Origin: Candidatus Bilamarchaeaceae archaeon
Lineage (GTDB): Archaea > Micrarchaeota > Micrarchaeia > Anstonellales > Bilamarchaeaceae
Length of the DNA stretch: 64,000 bases
Direction of reading: 5' to 3'
Assembly (NCBI GenBank): GCA_038851325.1
Contig: JAWCKZ010000002.1
Span: forward strand, 26,902 to 90,901
The notes under the pieces are model-generated. The model did no database searches. It was not told where the DNA came from and saw only the letters and a list, made by a program, of their open reading frames with translations. The stretch's first letter is position 1. The number at the start of each line of letters is the position of its first letter. Position numbers and translations under genes: made by a program. Below are positions 29,194-38,798 of this stretch, in pieces.

Positions 29194-30291
29194 CTAAGGC
29201 AGCCACTTCTTCTTTTTTATCTTTTCATTTATATAGTCCCCAACAAATGTAAGCCTTTGGCCTTGAAGAGCATCCTGTTCAATCTTCTTTTTTGTTTTAA
29301 GTACAAGCTTAAGTTCCTTAACCCATTCCTTGTGCCTATTTATCCATGGATACTCAAGCATTTCTTCTGCCCTTTTTATGTCTACTTCTTTTGTGTTTAT
29401 TGTTAGCTTCTTCAAGAAATCGAATTCCTCTATATCACTCATTGTAACGCCAATGAATTTTGCTTCTGGAACTGCGAAATTTCTACCCAGATATGCAAGG
29501 TTCATACTACCAGTTTTTATAGTCCAGTATATGTACCATCCCCAAGCATCACAGTCCATGAGGCAGTAGATTGGGAGTTTCATATCAGCAAGTTTTCTTA
29601 GCAGCCTTCTTGTGCCTCGTGTCGATTGTCCTTTTGGAGTAATCAGAAGGCAATTCTCCTTTTTCCAAAATTTATCTTCATTAAGTCTTTGCCAAAGCGC
29701 ATCCTTTTCAACTACGAGTACATATTCTGCATCAACCTTTTGTATCTCCATATCATTGTCTACATCACTTGGGATTGACCACCCGCTTCTTCCTTGTTTT
29801 GAGCAGTCTATGGTTGTTTCTTCGCCACCAAATTTATCCTTAAGCACCATACGTCCTGCGACGAATCCCTTTCTATCAGTAGTCAAGTGAAGGTCTTCCC
29901 GTTTTACATTTAGTGCGGCTTCTAAATCTTCCAGCATAGCATTCGATTCGGATTGTTCGGAGAAAAGTTCTTCATCCAGGTCCTCACCGAGCGAAAACTT
30001 CAACTGGTAGAATAGTCCTCTTATTGATGTGTGAAGGCCCTCTCTAATGAATTTTCTTGTTTTCGCCGCGATAGCAATAGTTTGCATAAATGTCCTTGCT
30101 TGCGCCATACTCAGGAATTTTCGTGTTTCTGTCTTTTCACCGAGTCTTAGGCAGCCTATGCCTTCGTCAAAGATAGTGTTCGCTCTTGTTCTCAGCGCAG
30201 TTTCAAAACTTGGACTTCTGCCACTCTCTATTTCTTTTGCGATTCTTTTTCCAAGTTCTTCAAGCTTTTTTAGTGCAGCATCATCACTCAT
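29194..30291 (-). CDS. top6A: DNA topoisomerase VI subunit A
   Basis: SIRGLFY catalytic Tyr, VVEKDA, DCDAWG TOPRIM. Confidence 0.95.
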   Translation of the reverse strand: MSDDAALKKLEELGKRIAKEIESGRSPSFETALRTRANTIFDEGIGCLRLGEKTETRKFLSMAQARTFMQTIAIAAKTRKFIREGLHTSIRGLFYQLKFSLGEDLDEELFSEQSESNAMLEDLEAALNVKREDLHLTTDRKGFVAGRMVLKDKFGGEETTIDCSKQGRSGWSIPSDVDNDMEIQKVDAEYVLVVEKDALWQRLNEDKFWKKENCLLITPKGQSTRGTRRLLRKLADMKLPIYCLMDCDAWGWYIYWTIKTGSMNLAYLGRNFAVPEAKFIGVTMSDIEEFDFLKKLTINTKEVDIKRAEEMLEYPWINRHKEWVKELKLVLKTKKKIEQDALQGQRLTFVGDYINEKIKKKKWLP

Positions 30292-31891
30292 TTAAATCTC
30301 CCTCGATTTCCTCTCTCTTCTCCTCAGCATCCTCTTCTTTCTCTTCCTCTGTTTCGTTGGAGTATTTTGCTTCTACTATCTCCATAAGTTTTTTTTCTAT
30401 CTTTTCCCTTTTTTCTCCAGTAAGTTCTGCTATATCTGAGGAAAGCTGTGGAACGTAGCGGAGAATAACTTTTTTCTTTGTAGCCAACTCCATACTCTTT
30501 CTCTTTCCGGAGATGTAGTGCTGCATTCCCCTAGCAGCTTCCATAACAGCATTTTTTATCTCGTCTACAACATCTTCCTCGCTTGATATTGCAAGCTTTC
30601 CTGCGCTCGTGTAGGGTACGTAAACACTTACAAAATTCACGAGAACAACAATCGGCTCCTCTTCGAAGTTCTTTAGATTATACCTTCCCCAGTCGATGCT
30701 TTTTACAGTTTCGGTTATTGCGCATCCAGACGTGTCAAATAAAAGCGGGACACGATTTGCGAATCGCATTATCTCGCCCTTCTTTTCAGCTGTTGCTATT
30801 CCACCTCCGTATGCAATGCCTGCTTCTACCATAAACGGAATACCTCCTCGATAAACCTTTGGACTTCTCTCTGTTACCACGAGGTATTCTGGATTGAAGA
30901 TGTTCTTGAATGAAAGTTCTATTTGTTCTTTTCCTATCGGTACAAGGGCATCTGTCGATGGCGAGATCCACTTTACTTTCTTAAACGCAGCTATTATCTT
31001 CTCAGCTTCCTCCCATGTAATCTCACCAGGGTTCTTATCAAAATTAACTTCTGGAACTAGCGCGCGCAGTTCTGCAACCTTTGCTGCGCTTACTCTGGAA
31101 AAAACCTCCTGTAGCATTGCAGATAGCTTTCTATAGTTTTTTGCATAATAGTGGGAAAACTCGAGGAGGTCGTGAGCACTTATGCCAAGCGGATGAGGTT
31201 TTATCTCAAACGGTCGCGGCGGATTTCTATCGATAGAGCGAGGAAAGGTGGTTACCTCGCCTGTTGGTTCTTTGAGCGTGATAGTCGCGTGTGGATTTGC
31301 AAGCGCAGTTCGCCTTAGATACTCGAAAGGACCTTTGTTACTTTTTTCATATTTTATTTCTTTATACTCGGATATCACAGTTAATCCGTGACCCTCTATT
31401 TTTTCTTCGCTGAGTTTATTTACAATCGGTTCATTTTTCTTTAAATCAATACCGATTTCGTATTCCTTGCGGACGCCCTCGTAGCAGGAAATTGCTTTGA
31501 CAGGTTTTCCGGTAGTTAAGTAGGAAAACATAACGCAGCCGCTTGCTCCGATTCCTTGTTGACCGCGTTGTTGGATGTACCGATGGAACTTTGTCCCAGC
31601 AAGCATCTTTCCAAGCGCCTTTCCTACATATTTTTCTGGAATACCTGGTCCGTTGTCCCTCACAGCGATCTGATAGTGCTCCTCTCCAAGTTGCTGTACT
31701 TCCACATAGATTTCTGGAAGTATTCCAGCCTCTTCGCATGCATCAAGAGAATTTGTTACAAATTCGTGGATAATCATAGTAAATGAACGAGTGGGGCCAG
31801 TAAAGCCGAGCATCTGTCGATTCTTCTTGAAGAATTCTGCTATTGAATGCTCTCTGAACTCCTTGAACATGCCATCGCTCATGGGGGACAC
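30284..31891 (-). CDS. top6B: DNA topoisomerase VI subunit B
   Basis: EFVTNSLDACEE, DNGPG, RGQQGIG, RFANRVPL. Confidence 0.95.
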   Translation of the reverse strand: MSPMSDGMFKEFREHSIAEFFKKNRQMLGFTGPTRSFTMIIHEFVTNSLDACEEAGILPEIYVEVQQLGEEHYQIAVRDNGPGIPEKYVGKALGKMLAGTKFHRYIQQRGQQGIGASGCVMFSYLTTGKPVKAISCYEGVRKEYEIGIDLKKNEPIVNKLSEEKIEGHGLTVISEYKEIKYEKSNKGPFEYLRRTALANPHATITLKEPTGEVTTFPRSIDRNPPRPFEIKPHPLGISAHDLLEFSHYYAKNYRKLSAMLQEVFSRVSAAKVAELRALVPEVNFDKNPGEITWEEAEKIIAAFKKVKWISPSTDALVPIGKEQIELSFKNIFNPEYLVVTERSPKVYRGGIPFMVEAGIAYGGGIATAEKKGEIMRFANRVPLLFDTSGCAITETVKSIDWGRYNLKNFEEEPIVVLVNFVSVYVPYTSAGKLAISSEEDVVDEIKNAVMEAARGMQHYISGKRKSMELATKKKVILRYVPQLSSDIAELTGEKREKIEKKLMEIVEAKYSNETEEEKEEDAEEKREEIEGDLNE

Positions 31892-32008
31892 CTAGGACAA
31901 TGTATTGTTAACACTGAATTATTCAAGCTAATTTTTATAGTTTTCTTTTCGACATGCGTGGCATGTGACGCGTTTCAGAATTTGTACATGTGGCACTTTA
32001 TTTTAAAT

Positions 32009-32656
32009 TTACATCTCGTTCTCCAGAATTTTTTCGAGCATATCCGAAGAGTATAAATTTTTTCTATTTTTCACCTTTTCTTCACGCGCCCCTACAAACT
32101 TTATTACATGAACTATCAGATCTTTCGGTGTCGTAACGAGATTGCATATAACTTTGTTCTCTTTCATTTCTTCTAAGGGAGTGATGCGCGTCAAAAATGG
32201 ATTTGCTTCGTATTCAGGTATTATTACTATTTTTCCCTCAGAAATGAGTTTTTTAGCTCTTTCCAGCGCTTTTTCTATATCTTTTGTCTCTTTAGAGTAG
32301 CACGCTACCAGACTACATGTTTTTTCATCAAGTTCCTCAATCATCTCTCCAAGTTTTTTGCATGCATGGTCAATAGAGTCATGATAAGGTGAAAATTTTA
32401 CGACTGCTGCCAACCAATACCGCTCTTTCAAAAGTGATAAGGCTATTCCCCGAACACTTTCTGATGGATGGTATGCCCCAAGAAACGCAAGCACCACCTG
32501 CGTATTCTTAAGAAGCGACAACGCTGTTACCTGCCCTTCTGGTTTTTCAAGCATCTCAATTATGCTTTTAATATTATAACTCTGACCGTTAGCGGATATA
32601 AAGCATTTGCCTCTTTTTCTACCCTCAATTGGGCTTAAGTAGTACATCCTCCTCAT
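32009..32656 (-). CDS. Hypothetical protein
   Basis: 215-aa ORF with GGGGG RBS; no recognised motif. Confidence 0.55.
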   Translation of the reverse strand: MRRMYYLSPIEGRKRGKCFISANGQSYNIKSIIEMLEKPEGQVTALSLLKNTQVVLAFLGAYHPSESVRGIALSLLKERYWLAAVVKFSPYHDSIDHACKKLGEMIEELDEKTCSLVACYSKETKDIEKALERAKKLISEGKIVIIPEYEANPFLTRITPLEEMKENKVICNLVTTPKDLIVHVIKFVGAREEKVKNRKNLYSSDMLEKILENEM

Positions 32657-33110
32657 TAAATACCCCCCATTTATCCATTTTATGCATCAAAATTATTTTA
32701 AATGGTAATGGTGATAAAATCACATCGATGATGACAAAGGTGATCGCTGAGCCTTATGGCGATGAAGATTGACGTGCGGTCTGAAATAGTGCTTTAGTTT
32801 GTCAGAGCTAGGACTTCATTTGCTCGAATACTTTCACCCATACGATATTCGCAGCAAGGACAAAACTTCATAAATTTTGGCCTGTTTGGAAATTCGATAG
32901 AATTTACAATACAGGGACAAACAGCGCAACCGCGGCCAAATCCAAACTCGGGTCAAAATAATGTATTCCTGCCAACGTGTTTCTAAGAAGGTTCGCAGGG
33001 GGTATGAGTTACTCACAGGGAGTATGAGTAACTTTTAATACCTTATTGCACGCCGAAACGAACAACGGACACCTTCTTCAGCACGTAGAACAACCGGGTT
33101 GCTTGACTTC

Positions 33111-33390
33111 TCATCCTATTTGCTTCGCAACCAAAAACGAGGCTTTTAATAATAGCGGATCGGCTAAATAATACTTATTATTCTTCTTTTCTAAAAACGA
33201 ACACCTTATGAGTTTGTTGAGTGCGAATGTAAACAGATTAGAATCGAGCTGTTCTTTGAGTTCCTTGCCTGCCCTTACCCTAAGTTCATTCCAGCTTACT
33301 CCCGTCGCATTCTGTAAAATGCTCAGATAAAGTTTCTTATTCCTTGCTTTTGTAATTTTGTCTTTTACTTCATTTAAATGAAGTTTAGCG
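33111..33390 (-). pseudogene. C-terminal wHTH fragment of an archaeal ATPase-like gene
   Basis: YLSIL...VSWNEL...ALNKLIRCSFLEKKNNKYYLADPLL resembles the C-terminus of archaeal ATPases; no ATPase domain upstream. Confidence 0.5.
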
Positions 33391-33721
33391 TGTTGCGTCC
33401 CTTGACGGTCTAGACCTTGGTGAGACCCTGCGCAAGGCCTCAAAATAGAGCGATACCGTTCTTCGAGGCACATTAAAGAAGAAAAACAGAATTTTGGAAG
33501 GCAAAACGGGACACCTCAGAACGCAAAACCAACGTCCATCTAAATGGGACGTTCAGAGGGCCATAGAACTAGAACGCCGTTCCCGTATGGACAGCTGCAA
33601 GGTCAGCTGCGGCAAACGCGAGATGCGCAGAACTGGAGATTGGAAACCATTCGTCGTTCCCGAGAGTTTATTAAATCTATTTCCATCCATATACTCGTCA
33701 TATGTTTGTTAGGGTGGTTTC

Positions 33722-34132
33722 CTGAAATCGCATACTGAGTATCTCACATTCAATACACGAAATCGCATCGAATTCGTTCGCATAACCGAAAAGATACAGG
33801 ACGCGATAAAGAGAAGCGGAGTGAAGGAAGGCATCGTGCTCGTGAATCCTATGCATATTACAGCAGCGGTAATCGTGAACGATGACGAGGAGGGGCTAAA
33901 ACGCGATTTTATCCGTGTTCTGCAAGGGCTCGTGCCTTACGAAGGTAGATACGAGCACAATGTAGGTGAAGACAACGCTGCTGCGCACATCTGGCGCCAG
34001 CTCATGGGCCATCAGGTTGTCATGCCCATAACAGATGGCAAGCTTGACCTCGGCCCGTGGGAGCAGATTTTTTACTGCGAGTTTGACGGTCAGCGAAGTA
34101 AGCGCGTTCTCGTAAAAATAATCGGTGAGTAA
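33722..34132 (+). CDS. yjbQ: YjbQ family (UPF0047) protein; probable CTG start
   Basis: [36 protein letters not shown]; family-like N-terminus extends to CTG at 33722. Confidence 0.9.
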   Translation: MKSHTEYLTFNTRNRIEFVRITEKIQDAIKRSGVKEGIVLVNPMHITAAVIVNDDEEGLKRDFIRVLQGLVPYEGRYEHNVGEDNAAAHIWRQLMGHQVVMPITDGKLDLGPWEQIFYCEFDGQRSKRVLVKIIGE

Positions 34133-34972
34133 ATGAACATTTTGAAGGAGATCGCAAGATTAACACGAATTGAACATGGGCTGATGTTTGCCGCGGCAGT
34201 CTTCATAGGTGAGATAATTACCGGCACCGTTCCGCCTTATGGCATTTTGTTGCTCTCCATTCTAATACCGGTGTTTAGCGAAATGGGTGCATTTGCGTTG
34301 AATGATTACGTGGATGTCGAAGCAGATAGAGCAAACAAACGGACCGATAGGCCTCTGGTTGCTGGAACACTTTCACCGCGATTTGCACTTTTACTCTCCA
34401 TCTCTATGTTGCTTCTTTCATCCTTTCTAGCTTATTTTATCAATGCTGTTGTATTTATCATAACTATTTCTCTTAACATCCTTGCTATTGCCTACAATTT
34501 CAAGTTAAAAGAGCTTCCACTTGTTGGGAACGGCTACATCGCCCTTACCATGGGAATACCATTCATCTTCGGCAATTTCGTTGTCTCTCAAGTTATCTTT
34601 CCACCTAACTTCGTTCTTTTTATCCTCGCTTTTATAGCAGGTTTGGCCAGAGAAATAATAAAATCTGTGGAGGACGTGTATGGTGATCTTGTAGCTAGAG
34701 GCGCTAAAACACTTCCAATCTTAATCGGAAGGAAGCAGTCGCTTGCTATTGCGTTTCTTCTTTATATGGCATTCATTCCACTTACCTACTTGCCATTTGT
34801 TTCTGGCTTGAGAGGCACGTTGTTGTCTTACTTTTTTGTAACGCTGGGAAATACTCTGATCGTTGCAAATGTCTTCTACGCATTGAAAGGGGAGTACAGA
34901 AAATCCCGTAGTCTCTCGCTTATTGCATTTTTCATGGGTCTACTTGGCTATCTCATTGCAGCAGTTTTGTGA
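34133..34972 (+). CDS. Digeranylgeranylglyceryl phosphate synthase (UbiA family)
   Basis: NDYVDVEADRANK..RPL, AREIIKSVEDVYGD..RGAKTLP. Confidence 0.9.
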   Translation: MNILKEIARLTRIEHGLMFAAAVFIGEIITGTVPPYGILLLSILIPVFSEMGAFALNDYVDVEADRANKRTDRPLVAGTLSPRFALLLSISMLLLSSFLAYFINAVVFIITISLNILAIAYNFKLKELPLVGNGYIALTMGIPFIFGNFVVSQVIFPPNFVLFILAFIAGLAREIIKSVEDVYGDLVARGAKTLPILIGRKQSLAIAFLLYMAFIPLTYLPFVSGLRGTLLSYFFVTLGNTLIVANVFYALKGEYRKSRSLSLIAFFMGLLGYLIAAVL

Positions 34973-35037
34973 CACTTCTGCTTTTCTAGCTTGCGTGCGA
35001 TTTATTAATCTTATTTTTTATACTTCTAACGATTGTT

Positions 35038-35829
35038 ATGGTGGGAAAAGAAGAGATTCTATTTTCGGGTAAGTACAAAGAATTTGAATACGGAGTTAGG
35101 TATGATCTGAGTAGAGCAACCGAGAGGGATGTTGCGTTCGCGCTCTGTGAGATAGTCAGCAGAGTAGAGCCGTACGCTTACAGGTTTTCAGGGGTAGATT
35201 GCGAGAAGGTAGAAAAATTGGTAGAAGGCGTGGGAGAAGGCCTTTTAGCGGTTGCAGCTTATTTACGCGAAAGCGATACGCAGAAACAGTTGGAGACAAC
35301 GGTTAAGGACAAATTATTGATGCCTGCTGCAGAGAGTTATTTTTTCAATAGAGCACTCACAAACGCTGGCGTTCCCCTCTTGCCGGAGGTCCAAGCAAGC
35401 CTCGAAGGAGAAAGCGAGCCCATCGAGGAGAAGATCGTCTTTATTGGAAAATACAAGGAATGGATTGCAATAAAAAAACTTGTTGTTGAGGGGGTTGAAG
35501 ATTGGGAAATTTCAGGGATTCTTTCCAGCATTGTGGAGACTGGAGTAAGAAAAGCATTTTACTTTTGCAACAAAACAGGAGAGATAGATGTCTGGAAAAA
35601 TAATGGAGATGCGAATAAAAAGAAGATCAGAAAGTCGTTCAAAAATGCTGCGGATTTGTTGATTAAGTTGGACGGGATGATGGGCAGCGATAAGACTACG
35701 AATGCTTATCTTGTTGTGAAAAGCTTAACAGCGCTTGGCTATAATCCGCACGCAAGCGTTGAAATGCTCACGGCTGCTCACCAAGAGCTTAAGGTCAGAA
35801 GACCAAGGGGAAGGCCATCAAAACAATGA
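35038..35829 (+). CDS. Conserved archaeal protein (DUF2666-like)
   Basis: Internally duplicated I.F.GKYKE motif; K..RPRGR tail. Confidence 0.6.
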   Translation: MVGKEEILFSGKYKEFEYGVRYDLSRATERDVAFALCEIVSRVEPYAYRFSGVDCEKVEKLVEGVGEGLLAVAAYLRESDTQKQLETTVKDKLLMPAAESYFFNRALTNAGVPLLPEVQASLEGESEPIEEKIVFIGKYKEWIAIKKLVVEGVEDWEISGILSSIVETGVRKAFYFCNKTGEIDVWKNNGDANKKKIRKSFKNAADLLIKLDGMMGSDKTTNAYLVVKSLTALGYNPHASVEMLTAAHQELKVRRPRGRPSKQ

Positions 35830-35891
35830 AATCTAAAAATTTAAGTAAGTGCATTGCGCACACAAAAAGCGCAAAATAAAGGAGGGTAGAC

Positions 35892-36785
35892 ATGGGAAAA
35901 GGTGTAGGAAGAGGAAAGGTTATTCTTTTTGGAGAGCATTTTGTTGTTCACAGCGTGCCTGCAATAGCGGCAGGAATAGATAACTCTGCGATTGTTGAAG
36001 TTAAAAAAGCTGAAAAAAATAGGATAATAACAAAACAGAATATCGTACCTGAGTTAAGTCTTGAGGGCATACAACTGGTGTTGGACGCCATGGGCATAAA
36101 AGATAAATACGATGTTTATCTAGACGGAGACCTTCCAACATTTGGAGGGCTTGGTTCATCAGCTGCCTTTTGCGTTGCGCTGGTGCGGGCAGTGGCCGAG
36201 GATAAAGGTATCGTTCTGACGGATGAGGAAGTGAACAGATACGCGTACGAGGGCGAAAAGGCGTTTCATGGCAGCCCTTCTGGTATTGATAACTTGATGG
36301 CCACGTATGGTGGAATAATAATCTTCAGAAAGGGACGCGGGGAGAGCTATTTCGAAAAAATAAACGCAGGAAAAAAGATGGACATAGTTGTTGGATTTAC
36401 AGGAAAGCTTAGCCAAACGAAAAAGATGGTTGAGTTGGTGAGAAAATTTAAAGAGGAGGACCCCGATCATTGGGTGCAACTTGCTGTTCAGGCTGCCGAT
36501 GTTGTTTACAGAGGAAAGAATGCGATTGAGAAGGGGAAGCTCGAGGAAATAGGAAAGCTGATGAATGAGAATCAGGTGCTGCTGTCCGAAATTGGTGTTT
36601 CTGACGAATTGAATGAGAAAATGGTAAAAATAATGCTTGATGCTGGTGCGTTGGGCGCTAAGCTTACAGGTGGCGGTGGGGGAGGATGCTGTATCGCGCT
36701 TGCGCGCGACAAAGTGGCGGCTATAGGGATAACGATGGCTCTAAAAAAGGAGAAGTTTGAGTCGTTTATAACAAGAATAGGATAA
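35892..36785 (+). CDS. mvk: Mevalonate kinase
   Basis: GKVILFGEHFVV, GLGSSAA, HGSPSGID, GAKLTGGGGGG. Confidence 0.93.
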   Translation: MGKGVGRGKVILFGEHFVVHSVPAIAAGIDNSAIVEVKKAEKNRIITKQNIVPELSLEGIQLVLDAMGIKDKYDVYLDGDLPTFGGLGSSAAFCVALVRAVAEDKGIVLTDEEVNRYAYEGEKAFHGSPSGIDNLMATYGGIIIFRKGRGESYFEKINAGKKMDIVVGFTGKLSQTKKMVELVRKFKEEDPDHWVQLAVQAADVVYRGKNAIEKGKLEEIGKLMNENQVLLSEIGVSDELNEKMVKIMLDAGALGAKLTGGGGGGCCIALARDKVAAIGITMALKKEKFESFITRIG

Positions 36786-36956
36786 AAACACGCAAACTGA
36801 AAATTTTTGGATACAAAGAAAATGTCACGGCCGAGAAAGCAGAAAAAAGCTTTCCCATGTGTCCTTAAGTCCTGAGACGCTAAACAGAAAGCTCAAAACT
36901 GAAAACTGACTTAAGGCCACAGCCGAGAAATTCATAAGAGAATTTTTCGGGCGTGC

Positions 36957-36973
36957 CTTGAACGAAGTTCAAG
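36957..36973. repeat. 17-bp palindrome CTTGAACGAAGTTCAAG, copy 1
   Basis: Identical to 37304-37320; abuts the tRNA discriminator base. Confidence 0.9.
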
Positions 36974-37281
36974 GGCCACGGCCGAGATTCGAACTCGGGT
37001 CTAGGGCTATCAGCAGGGTTTTTGCCCTCAGAAACACCGAAGACAAAAAGCCCAACACACCCAGAGGAGAAACCTCAGGGCTTTTTCCAGGGTTTTTGCC
37101 CTCAGAAACACCGAAGAAACCTCAGGGCTTTTTCCAAACGGTATTTAGCTCCTGAGACAGTCCTTAGGTCATAAGCACCTGCTTAGGAGCCAAATACCGT
37201 TTCCAGGGTTTTTGCCCTCAGAAACACCGAAGACAAAAAGCCTCCACAGGCCCCCATGCTAACCACTACACCACCGTGGCC
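36974..37281 (-). tRNA. tRNA-His(GTG) with encoded G-1 and 235-nt insert at 37/38 (exons 37281-37244 and 37008-36974)
   Basis: G-GCCACGG/CCGTGGC-C acceptor, D arm GTGT-AGTGGTTA-GCAT, anticodon stem GGGGC/GCCCT with CT-GTG-GA loop, T arm CCGAG-TTCGAAT-CTCGG. Confidence 0.92.
37009..37243 (-). other. tRNA intron / insert made of repeated hairpin modules
   Basis: 39-bp direct repeat at 37014-37052 and 37204-37242 (partial 37088-37117); 22-bp repeat at 37068-37089 and 37115-37136; long hairpin 37136-37202. Confidence 0.8.
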
Positions 37282-37303
37282 ATGAGCGAAGCGAATGGCC
37301 AGA

Positions 37304-37320
37304 CTTGAACGAAGTTCAAG
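37304..37320. repeat. 17-bp palindrome CTTGAACGAAGTTCAAG, copy 2
   Basis: Identical to 36957-36973. Confidence 0.9.
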
Positions 37321-37443
37321 AAGATGGTCATAAGGCCGCGGGCATTGTCCAAATAGTTGGTCAATCCAACCGCGGCCATAATGGGAAAGTTTAAAGATAT
37401 TGTATTAGAAGTATTTAAATAAGTTAAACAAAGGGGGATTTGA

Positions 37444-38139
37444 ATGACGACGCTTGATAAAGCGATCATCGCTTCTTATGAGAAAGAGGGAAAGCGATTC
37501 GAGCTTTACGTAGATCCTGAGGCTGCGTATGCCTACAAGGAAGGACGGAAGCCAGACCTAAAGAATATACTTGTTGCAGAGGAGGTATACGAGAACGCAA
37601 AGAAGGGCGAGCGAGCAAAGGTATCAGATATCCAAAAGGTCTTCGGGACCACTGACATAATGAAGATTCTTGAGTTGGTGCTTAAGGAGGGAGAAGTACA
37701 GCTTACAACAGAGCAGAGAAGAAAAAAACAGGAGGAAAAGAGAAAACAGATAATTGCAATATTGGCAAGGGAGGCGATAGACCCGCGAACGAAGGCGCCC
37801 CATCCTCCACAAAGAATAGAGAGCGCGCTTGAGCAGGTGCGTATTCAGATAGACCCGTTTAAGGATGCAAGGGAGCAGATACCTGCGATAGTCAAAGAAC
37901 TCATGCTTATACTTCCAATGAAGTTTGAGAAGGTAAAGGTGGCCGTGAAAATACCGCCGCAATATGCGCACCGGTGCTATGGAACAATAAAAAGCTATGG
38001 TATACAGAAAGAGCAGTGGCAGTCAGATGGCAGCCTTATTGTCGTTGTTGAAATCTTCGCAGGTGCGCAGGGAGAATTCTACGACAAGCTGAACAAGATG
38101 ACTGCCGGCAGCGTCGAAACAAGGGTGCTTGAAGAGTGA
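37444..38139 (+). CDS. Ribosome maturation protein SBDS/SDO1
   Basis: GKRFELYVDP, FGTTD, GEVQLTTEQRR, PHPPQRIE. Confidence 0.95.
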   Translation: MTTLDKAIIASYEKEGKRFELYVDPEAAYAYKEGRKPDLKNILVAEEVYENAKKGERAKVSDIQKVFGTTDIMKILELVLKEGEVQLTTEQRRKKQEEKRKQIIAILAREAIDPRTKAPHPPQRIESALEQVRIQIDPFKDAREQIPAIVKELMLILPMKFEKVKVAVKIPPQYAHRCYGTIKSYGIQKEQWQSDGSLIVVVEIFAGAQGEFYDKLNKMTAGSVETRVLEE

Positions 38140-38789
38140 GAGAAATATTTTCTGGTGTTTGGGAAGAGGACCATGAGTTATTAACACAGAATCTTGTTCC
38201 AGGCAAAAAGGTGTATAATGAGCGATTACGCCGTGTCAGCGATAGGGAGTACAGAACATGGAATCCATACAGGAGCAAGCTCGCCGCTGCGCTGAAAAAA
38301 GGGCTGAGGACTTTTCCATTTGCAAAGAATGTAAAGGTCCTTTATCTTGGTGCGTCTACAGGAACTACTGTTTCCCATCTTTCAGATATAATAATCGAAG
38401 GAGAGGTATACGCTGTAGAGATTTCGCCTCAGGCAATGAAAAGCTTGCTTGCAGTAGCTGAGCACAGGGGAAATATAATTCCCATCCATGGAGACGCAAG
38501 AAAACCGCATGAATATAAAGAAGTCGGAAAGGTTGACGTGATTTATCAGGATGTCGCTCAGCCAGATCAAGATGAGATACTGATTGCAAATGCGAAGATG
38601 TTTCTGAAGAAAGACGGAATAGCAATGATTGCAATAAAGAGCCAGAGCATAGATGTTACGCTTGAGCCGAAGAAAGTTTTCGAACGCGTGTTAAAGAAGC
38701 TGGCTGAGCATTTCGAAATCCTTGAAATGATAAAACTTGAGCCCTTTGACAAGGACCATCTTTTCGTTGTGCTGAGGTTTAAGGGCTGA
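38136..38789 (+). CDS. flpA: Fibrillarin-like rRNA/tRNA 2'-O-methyltransferase
   Basis: WNPYRSKLAA, VLYLGASTGTTVSHLSD, YQDVAQPDQ, LEPFDKDH. Confidence 0.95.
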   Translation: MREIFSGVWEEDHELLTQNLVPGKKVYNERLRRVSDREYRTWNPYRSKLAAALKKGLRTFPFAKNVKVLYLGASTGTTVSHLSDIIIEGEVYAVEISPQAMKSLLAVAEHRGNIIPIHGDARKPHEYKEVGKVDVIYQDVAQPDQDEILIANAKMFLKKDGIAMIAIKSQSIDVTLEPKKVFERVLKKLAEHFEILEMIKLEPFDKDHLFVVLRFKG

Positions 38790-38798
38790 TGATCTGAT

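Noticed and set aside
36958..37155. 65-aa ORF over the tRNA insert as an intron-encoded protein
   Set aside because: Antisense to the tRNA, repeat-derived, no homing endonuclease motif
37014..37242. 39-bp repeats as a CRISPR array
   Set aside because: Only two full copies and one partial, irregular spacing, intervening sequence itself repeated, located inside a tRNA, no cas genes
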